DNA from: Thermoproteota archaeon | GTDB taxonomy: Archaea > Asgardarchaeota > Jordiarchaeia > Jordiarchaeales > Freyrarchaeaceae | DNA: 55,167 nt | Assembly (NCBI GenBank): GCA_029258835.1 | Contig: JAPDJY010000050.1 | Span: 1 to 55,167, forward strand | Direction: 5' to 3' | Shown: positions 16,573-26,680 of the stretch, piece after piece | How positions within the stretch are numbered: the stretch's first letter is position 1 | Layout: every line of letters begins with the position of its first letter | The notes under the pieces: model-generated | Told to the model about the DNA's origin: nothing | Seen by the model: the letters and a program-made list of their open reading frames with translations, nothing else | Databases searched by the model: none | Translations under genes and position numbers: made by a program

Positions 16573-18252
16573 CTAAAAGACTATGACTTCTTGGTGCTCC
16601 CCGTAAACCTCCTTTAGGGTGCCTATTATCTCTCCTATGCTAGCGTACACTTTAACCGCCTCCAAGATATATGGCACGAGGTTTTCACCTTTCTCCGCAG
16701 CCCTCCTCAAGTCCGAGAGCCTTTCCTCCACCTTCACGTTGTCCCTCTCCGCCTTAACCCTCCTTAGCCTTTCAACCTGCTTCCTCTCAACGTCCTCCCC
16801 TATCTTCAGTATGGGCACCTTAATCTTTTCGTCTAAGGCGTACTTGTTGACCCCGACTATGACCCTTTCCTCCTTCTCCACCTCCTGCTGGTACTTCCTC
16901 GCGCTCTCAGCTATCTCCTTCTGGAAGTACCCTCTCTTTATGCACTCTATGACTCCCCCCATGCTCTCTATCCTGTCAAGGTACTTTAGGGTTTCCTCAA
17001 CCATCTTATCAGTTAACCACTCAACGTAGTACGACCCCCCGAGGGGGTCTACCGTGTTGCACACACCGCTCTCATAAGCTATTATCTGCTGGGTTCTAAG
17101 AGATATCCTTACGGCCTCCTCGGTTGGAAGCGCTAGAGCTTCATCGTACGAGTTCGTATGCAGGGACTGGGTTCCGCCGAGCACCGCGGCCAGAGCTTGA
17201 ATTGTAACCCTTATAATGTTGTTCAGGGGTTGCTGAGCTGTTAGGGTACACCCTGAGGTCTGAACGTGCATCCTAAGCCACATGGATCGCTCCTTCTTAG
17301 CGTTGAATCGCTCCTTCATGAGCATCGCCCAAACCTTCCTCGCAGCCCTAAACTTTGCGATCTCCTCGAAGAAGTCGTTGTGCGAGGCGAAGAAGAATGA
17401 AAGGCGGGGGGCGAACTCGTCGACATCTAACCCCCTCTCCAACGTGGATTCAACGTACGTTATCCCGTCAGCTATGGTGAACGCCAGCTCTTGGAGGGCG
17501 GTAGCCCCAGCCTCCCTTATGTGGTACCCGCTAATGCTTATGGGGTTCCACTTTGGCATGTGCTTGGCGCAGAACTCGATCAAATCCACTGAAAGCTTCA
17601 ACGCAGGCTCAGGAGGGAAGATGCAGAGCTTCTGAGCTATAAACTCCTTCAAGTTGTCGTTCTGTGTCGTCCCTCCGAGAGCCTCCATTGGCACACCTTG
17701 CTTCTCGCCGACCGCTATGTACATTGCTAAGAGGACTGACGCGGGCATGTTTATAGTCATGGAAGTCGTAACCTTATCTAGGGGGATCCCCTCAAACAGG
17801 ATCTCCATGTCCCTCAGCGTTGAAACGGCGACACCACACTTCCCAACCTCTCCCGCTGACATCGGATGATCAGAGTCCAAGCCCATTATGGTCGGGTAGT
17901 CGAAGGCTATGCTCAGCCCCGTCTCACCCTCGCTTAGAAGATACTTGAAACGCTTGTTCGTGTCCTCCGCCGTCCCAAAACCAGAAAACTGCCTCATCGT
18001 CCAAAGCCTCCCCCTGTACATCGTGGCATGGATCCCCCTGGTGAACGGGTACTCCCCTGGGAACCCTAAGTCCTTCAGGTAGTTTAGCTTCGCCGTGTCC
18101 TCCGGAGTGTACACGTGCTTCACATCGAACCCCGATGAAACCTTAAAAGACTTCTTCCTCTCGGGAAGCTTTGCAACCCACTTATTCAACGTCTCCTTCT
18201 CCCATTTCTCCCTAGCTGCCCGTATCTCAGCTAGGTCTCCTTCATCAACCAT
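16573..18252 (-). CDS. Acyl-CoA mutase large subunit, isobutyryl-CoA mutase-like
   Basis: PGEYPFTRG, WTMRQFSGFG, QNDNLKEFIAQK, SISGYHIREAG, GGTQSLHTN; ATG 18252. Confidence 0.93.
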   Translation of the reverse strand: MVDEGDLAEIRAAREKWEKETLNKWVAKLPERKKSFKVSSGFDVKHVYTPEDTAKLNYLKDLGFPGEYPFTRGIHATMYRGRLWTMRQFSGFGTAEDTNKRFKYLLSEGETGLSIAFDYPTIMGLDSDHPMSAGEVGKCGVAVSTLRDMEILFEGIPLDKVTTSMTINMPASVLLAMYIAVGEKQGVPMEALGGTTQNDNLKEFIAQKLCIFPPEPALKLSVDLIEFCAKHMPKWNPISISGYHIREAGATALQELAFTIADGITYVESTLERGLDVDEFAPRLSFFFASHNDFFEEIAKFRAARKVWAMLMKERFNAKKERSMWLRMHVQTSGCTLTAQQPLNNIIRVTIQALAAVLGGTQSLHTNSYDEALALPTEEAVRISLRTQQIIAYESGVCNTVDPLGGSYYVEWLTDKMVEETLKYLDRIESMGGVIECIKRGYFQKEIAESARKYQQEVEKEERVIVGVNKYALDEKIKVPILKIGEDVERKQVERLRRVKAERDNVKVEERLSDLRRAAEKGENLVPYILEAVKVYASIGEIIGTLKEVYGEHQEVIVF

Positions 18253-18556
18253 CCCATAGCCCTCCAACGAAACATACAAGGGAAAATTACAACCTATCAC
18301 ACTTAAAGTTTTGTTTTTCTCCAAGGAGCAACATAGCTGGATTCTACCTGACAACAGAACTTTAATGTTATGCTGGCGTTTAGGCAACTGTAAAACCAAC
18401 CCTCCCTGACGCAAAAAATCTACCGTCGCTGGAACCTTAAAGGCATCAATATTTTTGCAAGTGAAACGCTTAATTAAATTGTGTTACCATAATCTTTAAC
18501 AGCGTGTATCATCTTCCAGCTTCCTTTTAACTGGCCGTTCAGGGGGGAGGACTCGC

Positions 18557-19090
18557 GTGGATGTGAACGCTTTATTTAAGATCAGTTATGGAATGTACGT
18601 TGTCACGTCCAAGATGAATGGCAGGGTTAACGGCCAAATCGCTAACACGTTCATCCAGGTTACCGCGGAGCCATTAATGGTTGCAGTATGCATCAACAAG
18701 CTAAACTTAACTCACGAGTTCATACAGAAAAGTAGGGTTTTCGCGGTTTCGATCCTATCGGAGGATACACCTTTACAGTTCATCGGCAGGTTCGGGTTCA
18801 AGACTGGTAGAACCTTCAATAAGTTTGAAGGAGTAAACTTTAGGGTTGGAGTAACGGGAGCCCCTATAATTCTCGAGAACACCATAGCGTATGTGGAAGC
18901 AGAAGTGGTCAAAGAGTGCGACATCAAGACACACACCATGTTCATCGGAAAGGTCGTCGACGCAGGCATGATCAAAGAAGGTGAACCAATGACCTACGCA
19001 TACTATCATACCGTGAAGAAGGGTAAAACGCCGAAAGCCGCCTCAACGTATGTAGGCGAGCCGCCTCCAACCAACCCGTACCACACATAG
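18557..19090 (+). CDS. Flavin reductase family protein
   Basis: ALFKISYGMYVVTS, NGQIANT, FGFKTGR, THTMFIG, MTYAYYH. Confidence 0.88.
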   Translation: MDVNALFKISYGMYVVTSKMNGRVNGQIANTFIQVTAEPLMVAVCINKLNLTHEFIQKSRVFAVSILSEDTPLQFIGRFGFKTGRTFNKFEGVNFRVGVTGAPIILENTIAYVEAEVVKECDIKTHTMFIGKVVDAGMIKEGEPMTYAYYHTVKKGKTPKAASTYVGEPPPTNPYHT

Positions 19091-19221
19091 CCAAAAACCA
19101 CCTTTGTAGTTTAAAGAAGAAACATTCTTGTTCAATTACTATTATTAAGGAAAATCTGATTTATTTCATGTATATTTATATTTTTCATACGTAAAAAGAG
19201 AGCTTAAGGAAAGGGGTTAAG

Positions 19222-19599
19222 ATGACGGAAAGAAGGCAAATCTACAAGTGCAATGTTTGTGGAAGCATAGTTGAAGTTTTACATTCCGGAGTAGGCCGGC
19301 TGGTGTGCTGCGGTAAACCCATGGAGCTGCTAGTGGAGAAAACAGAAGAAGCTGGCGGGGAGAAGCATGTCCCTGTCGTGGAAAGAACCGAAGCTGGAAT
19401 AAAGGTTAAAGTGGGCTCTGTCCCCCATCCAATGACGGAGGATCACTACATAGAATGGATCGAAATATCTGCCAACGGTGAAGTGCACAGAAAATACTTG
19501 AAGCCAGGTGATACACCTGAAGCTGAATTCCCCGTTCAGGCAGAAGAAATAGAAGCAAGAGAACACTGTAGCATTCATGGCCTCTGGAAGTCCAGGTAG
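19222..19599 (+). CDS. dfx: Desulfoferrodoxin (2Fe superoxide reductase)
   Basis: YKCNVCG..CCG centre I; [23 protein letters not shown] centre II. Confidence 0.95.
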   Translation: MTERRQIYKCNVCGSIVEVLHSGVGRLVCCGKPMELLVEKTEEAGGEKHVPVVERTEAGIKVKVGSVPHPMTEDHYIEWIEISANGEVHRKYLKPGDTPEAEFPVQAEEIEAREHCSIHGLWKSR

Positions 19600-19623
19600 C
19601 TCCCCTCTTCCTTTTTCCTTTCA
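19600..19623 (+). terminator. Pyrimidine/T-rich archaeal terminator candidate
   Basis: CTCCCCTCTTCCTTTTTCCTTTC directly after the dfx stop. Confidence 0.4.
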
Positions 19624-19712
19624 TTAAAGATATTAGAAGATAACTATCTATACCTATTCAATGGATCTCTCCTCTACAGGGTTAAACACCCACTAAAGGG
19701 TTAAAGCACTCA

Positions 19713-20048
19713 CTACTCCCCTTTAAGCTTCTCTTTTAGGGCTTCTCGTGCCTCTCCGTACACCCTTACAGCTACGTCGGCCTCCATCCTGCTAATGCTT
19801 TCCATTCTATAATCTGCCTTCACCCTCAGCTCATAAAGCTTCCTGAGAGCAAGCGCCACGTTTTTGACCCCTAGGCTATCCAGTACATTAGCTAGCTTGT
19901 CGTCTCTCCTAGGGATGGGCGCCCGGATCCTTAGAAGGAAATCCTCAGCCATCATTCTGAGGGAGAAGTAAAGGGCGGATACAGCCTTGTTGTAGCATCC
20001 AATTTTAACGTCATCAACGGCTTCTTTGAAAAGTTCCTCAGCCTTCAA
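19713..20048 (-). CDS. HEPN domain protein
   Basis: YNKAVSALYF helix; LYELRVKADY (Rx4Y); 4-nt overlap with the upstream gene. Confidence 0.8.
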   Translation of the reverse strand: MKAEELFKEAVDDVKIGCYNKAVSALYFSLRMMAEDFLLRIRAPIPRRDDKLANVLDSLGVKNVALALRKLYELRVKADYRMESISRMEADVAVRVYGEAREALKEKLKGE

Positions 20049-20368
20049 CGAAACGCCTCCAAGAAGAACTCTTTTTCGTCGTCTTTCACTATTATTGGGC
20101 TTATTCCTATTTTCCAGTTGAACTCCTTCTCGACTTCCCGTTCAACTTCAATCACCTTCCAGCGTACGTCGAGCGAGTCCTCCTTGACGACGACCAGCAC
20201 GTTGCCGTCGTGGAAAAGCAAGTCCTCCCTCGGGCTAGCAGCCACGCTCACAAGCACATCGCCAAGAACAACACTAAGCTTATATGCGAAGGAATGGGCG
20301 GCACGACACCAATCGTCATTAAACCTGAAAAGTAAATGCTGCCTCCACGCCAACTTAAAACACCCCAA
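20045..20368 (-). CDS. Minimal nucleotidyltransferase-like protein (MNT-HEPN partner)
   Basis: About 107 aa, GNVLVVV and ISPIIV strands, directly upstream of HEPN; canonical GSx10DxD not evident. Confidence 0.55.
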   Translation of the reverse strand: MGCFKLAWRQHLLFRFNDDWCRAAHSFAYKLSVVLGDVLVSVAASPREDLLFHDGNVLVVVKEDSLDVRWKVIEVEREVEKEFNWKIGISPIIVKDDEKEFFLEAFR

Positions 20369-20545
20369 ACAGGTCTTCGTTTAATGTTTTCAATAGTTTA
20401 ATGAAAGCCCTCCTTATATAAGTAAGGTGTATCTCATTTGCCGAGAGAGAATTATAAGAAAGAAAATTATTATTATATTTAAAACTAGTCAAGACTGAAG
20501 TGGGTTGGTGGTATTCGGATTTGAACAGGTAAGGATGGATGATAA

Positions 20546-21298
20546 ATGGCCAGTTGGCGAGCAACCCTGTCATTGTTGTTCATTCCCGCAGTGGTAAACT
20601 TCTTAATATATCTTCTGTTAAACTATCTGATCGCTCCAATCCTGGCCAAGAGTGGCCCCCTTTTCTCACTTGGCGTAATTCTAGGATTTCACGAATGGTG
20701 GCTACGTTTCATCAGCATTTTCCTTTCGTACTTCTTAGCATACTCTCAGGTGAACTTCCTCATCCCCGTCTACGTTCCACTTCTTCACATAATTTTCCTC
20801 TACTTAACTCTTCGCGTTGCATCTAAAGATAAACTTAGCTTAAAGGATTTAATAGCTTACAAGCCCGAGAACCTTAAGGTTGACGTGCTGATAGCCATCC
20901 TTCTAACAGTTATAATGACACCTACCCTGTACTTCCTTTTCAAGGTTCTATACGGAACATACGGTTTTTTCATCAACATGTTCTTCTACATGACTCCTCC
21001 ATGGTATACTGCAGCACTGGTTATAGTTGCGTTCACAGCCGGAATCTCCGAGGAAGTTATCTGGCGAGGCTACGGAATAACAGCCGTTGAAAGTCTTACC
21101 AAGACGCACAGCAGCCTTAAAGCAATCATACTTACAAGCGTAGCCTTCGCCGTCTGGCACGTCCGCCTCCCCCACCTTCCAGCAACCTTCCTCTTCGGAT
21201 TAGTGTACGCCTACGTCTATACGAAGAGAAGAAGCCTAGTTCCACTAATAGCATCCCACACAGCGATAGACCTGATATTTGCGTTTGTCCCCTACTAG
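20546..21298 (+). CDS. CPBP family intramembrane glutamic endopeptidase
   Basis: Multi-TM; EEVIWRG, FAVWH, H..ID motifs. Confidence 0.88.
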   Translation: MASWRATLSLLFIPAVVNFLIYLLLNYLIAPILAKSGPLFSLGVILGFHEWWLRFISIFLSYFLAYSQVNFLIPVYVPLLHIIFLYLTLRVASKDKLSLKDLIAYKPENLKVDVLIAILLTVIMTPTLYFLFKVLYGTYGFFINMFFYMTPPWYTAALVIVAFTAGISEEVIWRGYGITAVESLTKTHSSLKAIILTSVAFAVWHVRLPHLPATFLFGLVYAYVYTKRRSLVPLIASHTAIDLIFAFVPY

Positions 21299-21518
21299 TT
21301 AGCAAGTCTCCGGCGGTGAAATGCTTCCTGAGAATGTGGAAGAAGCCCCAACATGCAACAGAAATATAATAGTTTAAACCCATAATTTTTAAATGGAAGC
21401 TTGAAGACGGACGGGGTGGCTGGAGGCGTTGAGCATTTCCCTCCTTGGGGATACTTCCATTCTTCACTGCTTTTCGGGTTTGCCTATGTGCCCCCCGGCT
21501 TCTTAGAAGGGTGATTCC

Positions 21519-23705
21519 ATGGGTAGGTTACTGCTCGTTTCGAATAGGCTACCTGTCACGGTGGTTAAGAGAGGTGGAAAGGTAAAGTTTCAGGCGAGTG
21601 CGGGAGGTTTAGCGACGGGTTTAAGCTCCTTTTACAGGTCGCATAGAGGCTTATGGGTTGGATGGCCCGGCATCACGTTGAAGAAGTTAAAGAGGGAAGA
21701 GAGGGAGAAGGTGGAGGAGAAGCTCTCGTCTGACGGTTACCATCCAGTTTTCCTTTCCCAGCACGAGATCGAAAACTACTATCACGGATTCTGCAACAAA
21801 ACAATATGGCCCCTCTTCCACTACTTCACCCAGTACACGGTGTACGATAAGTCGTTCTGGACCGCTTACAAGCGCATAAACGAGGTCTTCTGCGACAAGG
21901 TCTTGGAGGTAGCGAGGGAAGACGACATCATATGGGTTCACGACTACCACTTAATGCTCCTCCCAATGCTCCTGAGGAAGAAGATGTTTAACGCTACGAT
22001 AGGCTTCTTCCTTCACATACCGTTTCCGTCGTTCGAAATATTCCGTCTACTCCCGTGGCATAAGGAGATCTTGGAGGGGTTGCTGGGGGCTGACCTGATA
22101 GGGTTCCACACGTACGACTACGTCCGCCACTTCCTTGACAGCATAAGCCGCCTACTAGGCTACGAGCACACTCTCGGACAGATAACAGTTGACAACCGCA
22201 TAGTGAAAACGGACGTATTCCCGATGGGGATCGATTACAACCGCTTTGCCGAGGCTAGAAAGAACCCGGAAGTGAGGAGGGAAATCGAGAAGATCCGGAA
22301 GAAGGTTGGAAACTATAAGGTTGTGCTGTCAATCGACAGGTTAGACTATACGAAGGGCATACCTCAACGTCTTGAAGCATTCGACCTCTTCCTCGAGGAG
22401 AACCCGGAGTACAGGGAGAAGGTGACCCTCGTCCTCGTGGCAGTCCCGTCACGCACGGGGGTGGAACACTACAAGGAGCTTAAAAGGCAAGTGGATGAGC
22501 TCATAGGGAAAATCAACGGGAAGCATGGGACCATAGGGTGGATGCCCATCTGGTACCTGTACAGGTTTCTTCCTTTCAACACGCTCGTCGCCATGTATAA
22601 CGTAGCCGACATAGCCCTTATAACACCTTTAAGGGATGGCATGAACCTCATAGCTAAGGAGTTCATAGCGACGAAGACCGATGGGAGGGGGGTGTTGATC
22701 CTCAGCGAGATGGCTGGGGCGGCCAAGGAGCTGGGTGAAGCGATCATAGTAAACCCTAACGATAAGGAGGACGTCGCTAGAGCACTGAAGGACGCCATAA
22801 CGATGCCCGAGGAGGAGCAGGTAGAACGTAACAGGGTGATGCAGAGGAGGCTGCAGCGATACGATATTATGCGGTGGGCAAGCGACTTCATAGACAGGCT
22901 CTCCCAGGTTAAGAAGGCTCAGCGGGAGCTCTGCGCAAGGAGGCTTACATCTAAGGATAGGAAGAAGCTGCTCCACGACTACTCTAGGGCTGGCAGAAGG
23001 CTGATCCTGCTAGACTACGATGGAACCCTCGTCCCCTTCGCCGAGAAGCCTGAAAGAGCGAAGCCGGACGAGGAGCTCATAGCAATTCTTGAAGAGCTCA
23101 CCCAAGACGTTAGAAATGAGGTTGTGATTGTGAGCGGAAGGGACAGGAACATGCTGGGTAAATGGTTTGACAGGTTCGACGTGGGCCTAATCGCGGAGCA
23201 CGGAGTATGGGTGAAGGAGGCGGGGGGGTCTTGGGAGACCATTGAACCATTAAGGAACGACTGGAAGGATGAGGTACGCCCACTCCTAGAGCTCTACGTA
23301 GATAGAACGCCTGGCTCCTTCATAGAGGAAAAGGAGTTCTCGCTCGTGTGGCATTACCGTAGGGCTGACCCAGAGCTGGGCTTGATGAGGGCGAGGGAGC
23401 TGAAGGACGACCTACTACACCTCACCGCGAACCTTAACCTTGGAATCCTAGAGGGGAACAAGGTGATCGAGGTTAAGAACGCTGGAATAAATAAGGGTCG
23501 TGCGGTGCTCCACTGGCTTTCAATGGAGAAGTGGGACTTCATCCTGGCCGCAGGGGACGACTGGACCGACGAAGATGTTTTCTCCGTGCTCCCAGAGTCA
23601 GCCTACTCCATTAAGGTGGGTTTATCCCCATCCCAGGCTAGGTTCAATGTGCCATCTTTAGCTGACGTGAGGTCTCTCTTAAGGGAGCTCGCAGGTCAGC
23701 GGTAG
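21519..23705 (+). CDS. otsAB: Bifunctional trehalose-6-phosphate synthase/phosphatase (TPSP)
   Basis: VSNRLP, WVHDYH, FLHIPFP, DRLDYTKG, DGMNL; HAD domain LDYDGTL, GDDWTDE. Confidence 0.95.
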   Translation: MGRLLLVSNRLPVTVVKRGGKVKFQASAGGLATGLSSFYRSHRGLWVGWPGITLKKLKREEREKVEEKLSSDGYHPVFLSQHEIENYYHGFCNKTIWPLFHYFTQYTVYDKSFWTAYKRINEVFCDKVLEVAREDDIIWVHDYHLMLLPMLLRKKMFNATIGFFLHIPFPSFEIFRLLPWHKEILEGLLGADLIGFHTYDYVRHFLDSISRLLGYEHTLGQITVDNRIVKTDVFPMGIDYNRFAEARKNPEVRREIEKIRKKVGNYKVVLSIDRLDYTKGIPQRLEAFDLFLEENPEYREKVTLVLVAVPSRTGVEHYKELKRQVDELIGKINGKHGTIGWMPIWYLYRFLPFNTLVAMYNVADIALITPLRDGMNLIAKEFIATKTDGRGVLILSEMAGAAKELGEAIIVNPNDKEDVARALKDAITMPEEEQVERNRVMQRRLQRYDIMRWASDFIDRLSQVKKAQRELCARRLTSKDRKKLLHDYSRAGRRLILLDYDGTLVPFAEKPERAKPDEELIAILEELTQDVRNEVVIVSGRDRNMLGKWFDRFDVGLIAEHGVWVKEAGGSWETIEPLRNDWKDEVRPLLELYVDRTPGSFIEEKEFSLVWHYRRADPELGLMRARELKDDLLHLTANLNLGILEGNKVIEVKNAGINKGRAVLHWLSMEKWDFILAAGDDWTDEDVFSVLPESAYSIKVGLSPSQARFNVPSLADVRSLLRELAGQR

Positions 23706-23718
23706 AATCACCTAGGAG

Positions 23719-24513
23719 GTGTTGAGGTTGAAGGTTCTCCTCCAAGAGATGACGTATCCTGAGGTTGCCCGCAAGGTTAAGGAGGGCGCACCCGTAATAA
23801 TCCCCATGGGGAGCACCGAGCAGCATGCACGCCACCTTCCCCTAGGAACAGACTTCTTCATAGCCCTTGAACTATCCAAGCTAGTCGCCGAGAAGGCAGG
23901 ATGCGTGGTAGCCCCCATCCTATGGGTCGGCTTCTCCAAGGAGCACATGGCATTTAAGGGAACCATAACCTTAGAGGTGGAAACGCTTGTTAGGGTTCTG
24001 CAGGACGCGATTAGGAGCCTGCTCTCTCACGGCTTCAAGAAGATAATCGTACTGAACGCTCACGGGGGGAACGACGTCATACTCCGCTCAGTGGTTCTGG
24101 ATGCCAACCTAAGCCTAGACGTCGACGTGCTCTACATTGGACTCGACGAGCTCCTATCCCTTATGCCTGAAAGATATAGAGACGAGGCCGCCTCAAAGAT
24201 GGACTTTCACGCGGGCGTACTGGAGACAAGCCTCATGAACCTTATACGCCCCGAACTGGTAAGGGTTGATGAGGCGGTGAAACCCAACGTTTCACTCGGA
24301 GAGTCAGCCATGCGCCTCCTAGAAGTGTTAAAGGGAAACCCCGAGCTCAAGGCGAGGATGCTTGCGAGCACCCTCACACGCTTCGACAAGCTCTCGGACA
24401 CTGGAGCGTTAACCCTCGCGGATCCCTCCAAGCCGTGGGGGAGGCAGGAGACGAGCGAGGCACTCGAGGAGGTAGCCGTGAAAATTAAGGAGATAATAGA
24501 TGCTTGGAAGTAG
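23719..24513 (+). CDS. Creatininase/amidohydrolase family protein
   Basis: GSTEQHARHLPLGTD, GFSKEH, NAHGGN, HAG..ETS. Confidence 0.9.
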   Translation: MLRLKVLLQEMTYPEVARKVKEGAPVIIPMGSTEQHARHLPLGTDFFIALELSKLVAEKAGCVVAPILWVGFSKEHMAFKGTITLEVETLVRVLQDAIRSLLSHGFKKIIVLNAHGGNDVILRSVVLDANLSLDVDVLYIGLDELLSLMPERYRDEAASKMDFHAGVLETSLMNLIRPELVRVDEAVKPNVSLGESAMRLLEVLKGNPELKARMLASTLTRFDKLSDTGALTLADPSKPWGRQETSEALEEVAVKIKEIIDAWK

Positions 24514-24567
24514 CCACCGTAACACCCATATTTGCTGTTTCCCCACCTTGTAAGGGGTGTCCCTCTC

Positions 24568-25026
24568 ATGAAGATTAAGATACGTAACTATCAGACTTCG
24601 GACGGCGATGACACAATGCTCCTCATGAGAGCTCTGGCGAAGGAGGTTGGAGCCTCGTTTAACCCTGAAAAGTGGCGTGAATCCGACTATCTTCGCCTCT
24701 TCAGCCCGGGGTTAAGAAGGCAAACGCTCGTCGCCGAGGACGAGGACACTAGGAGAGTGGTCGGAATGGGAATGGTGGAGGCACGACTTGAACCAACCGG
24801 TCAGCTGGTCGGCTACCTTACAAACTGGATAGTCGACAAGTCCTACAGGGACAAGGGTGTTGGGCGGATGCTCGCAGAGACAGCCATCGACATACTAACC
24901 AGGATCGGAGTAGACCTTGTGAGGGTTAACGTCGGCATGAACGTACTGGATAAGCTCTCAGAGAAGCTGAAAAAGATAGGGTTCAACCCGGTCTACGTGG
25001 TTTTCGAGAAAGAATTGAAAAAGTAG
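24568..25026 (+). CDS. GNAT family N-acetyltransferase
   Basis: KIRNY start, IVDKSYRDKGVGRML acetyl-CoA motif, KIGF. Confidence 0.8.
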   Translation: MKIKIRNYQTSDGDDTMLLMRALAKEVGASFNPEKWRESDYLRLFSPGLRRQTLVAEDEDTRRVVGMGMVEARLEPTGQLVGYLTNWIVDKSYRDKGVGRMLAETAIDILTRIGVDLVRVNVGMNVLDKLSEKLKKIGFNPVYVVFEKELKK

Positions 25027-25095
25027 CCTTCCCGGTTGGTGGACGTTCCTCCTAAATTTTTTATTTGTTGCATTCGACATCCTATTAGAGGGAGG

Positions 25096-25470
25096 GTGAA
25101 GTTGACGGGGAAGCCTGTTTACGGAATAGAGTGGGACGACATGGTCATAGACTACGAGCAGCCCCTAGACAGCGCCGTCCTCGAATCACTGACCATATCG
25201 CAGCTCTTCGAGATGGTGGAGCACATGGAGTACGTCTACGTACACTACCGTAACGACCCATACTGGGCTGAGAAAGGGGACTGGAGGCAGTTCGAGGAGA
25301 ACGTAAAGAAAGTCCACTTCCTCCTCATATCAGCTAGGCTGACCCCGAGGCACTACAGGAAGTGGACTGAGGGTAAGCTTGAGTACGCTAACCTAACCTA
25401 CAGGGAGCACGTGAAAAGGCTCATGGAAGACGAGGAATACTTCGCCAAAGTTGTGGAGGACAGCTTCTGA
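25096..25470 (+). CDS. Hypothetical protein
   Basis: GGAGG RBS, typical codon usage, co-oriented between GNAT and MBL; no recognised motif; start uncertain. Confidence 0.65.
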   Translation: MKLTGKPVYGIEWDDMVIDYEQPLDSAVLESLTISQLFEMVEHMEYVYVHYRNDPYWAEKGDWRQFEENVKKVHFLLISARLTPRHYRKWTEGKLEYANLTYREHVKRLMEDEEYFAKVVEDSF

Positions 25471-25486
25471 ATAGGGGAGGCGTACG

Positions 25487-26395
25487 TTGAAAGCAACCAA
25501 GATAGCTAGCAGCGTGTACTTTCTTGAGGGGGATAGGGGAGGAAGATACCCTCTGTCAAACTCTCTCCTAGTCGGCAGGGAGTCCTTCCTCCTCATCGAC
25601 ACCGGATTCACCCTGTCTCCTGACGGCGTTGAAGAGCTGAAGAAGAATTTCCCCGTTGAAATCGTGGTGAACACGCACTGTCACGAGGACCACATCCTGA
25701 GAAACCACTTCTTCAAAGAGTCACAAGTGTGCTGCCACTTCCTTGACGCTCCAGCCGTAGAAAGCATCGAAGAACTAAATAAAAGGTACATCAGCCCTGA
25801 GGACAAGCACCTATTCATGATGGGCGAGGCGTTCCTACGCGACTTCCTAGACGTTAAGGGGTCGAAAGTGGACTTGGAGTTCGGCGACGGATACACGTTT
25901 AACTTAGAAGGTACGAAGCTCGTAGCCATACACACGCCGGGCCACTCCATAGGTCACTGCTGCTTCTACATTCCAAACGAGAAAATATTATTCCTATCCG
26001 ACATAGACCTCACCTCCTTCGGTCCATGGTACGGCGGTCTCGACTCGAACCTTAAGGATTTCATCTCCTCCATAGGGAAGGTCAAGGAGCTTAAGGCTGA
26101 GGTCGCCCTCACAAGCCATAAGGCAGAGGTGATCCGTGGACAAGACGAAATAATTAAGAGGATAAACGAGTACGAGTCGAAAATATGGGAGAGAGAAAGG
26201 AAAATACTGAAGCTGCTTGAAGGAAAATGGTTAACTCTAGACGAAATAGTGGATCATGCATTAATATACGGCAAGTTCCCCGAGCCAAGGGAGTTCTTTA
26301 GGCTCTCCGAGAAGCTAATGGTGGAGAAACACCTAAAAAAGCTGGTTGAAGAAGGGATGGTGGAGGAGCGAGACGGCAAGTTCAAGGCTAGGTGA
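25487..26395 (+). CDS. MBL-fold metallo-hydrolase
   Basis: THCHEDH, TPGHS, DLTSFGPWYG shared with 13106..13999. Confidence 0.88.
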   Translation: MKATKIASSVYFLEGDRGGRYPLSNSLLVGRESFLLIDTGFTLSPDGVEELKKNFPVEIVVNTHCHEDHILRNHFFKESQVCCHFLDAPAVESIEELNKRYISPEDKHLFMMGEAFLRDFLDVKGSKVDLEFGDGYTFNLEGTKLVAIHTPGHSIGHCCFYIPNEKILFLSDIDLTSFGPWYGGLDSNLKDFISSIGKVKELKAEVALTSHKAEVIRGQDEIIKRINEYESKIWERERKILKLLEGKWLTLDEIVDHALIYGKFPEPREFFRLSEKLMVEKHLKKLVEEGMVEERDGKFKAR

Positions 26396-26680
26396 AGCAG
26401 CACCTAGACGCAGAAGGTCCTCACCCTTCTAGGTAACTATAATCAGAAGGTAAACGCCTGCCGCTTCATCCATCCAACACGTCCTCCAACCTACCGTTCA
26501 TCGGAGATTTCACCCATATCGATGCGAAGCCGAAAATCCGGCTGCACGCACGTTCATTTTTTCCACAGGAAGAAAAAAGGATTAAAAAAGAATTTATGGA
26601 AGCATTTAAAATAGTAATGCTAGGGAATGTCTGAAATAGCCTCCTTTATATAAAATGTTTTATGCTGGGAAGGTGATGGC

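Noticed and set aside
18253-18414. Long N-terminal extensions in the ORF track (mutase, Rad50, OsmC, MBL, CBS)
   Set aside because: They run through promoter-like or overlapping sequence; family-typical starts with RBS lie downstream
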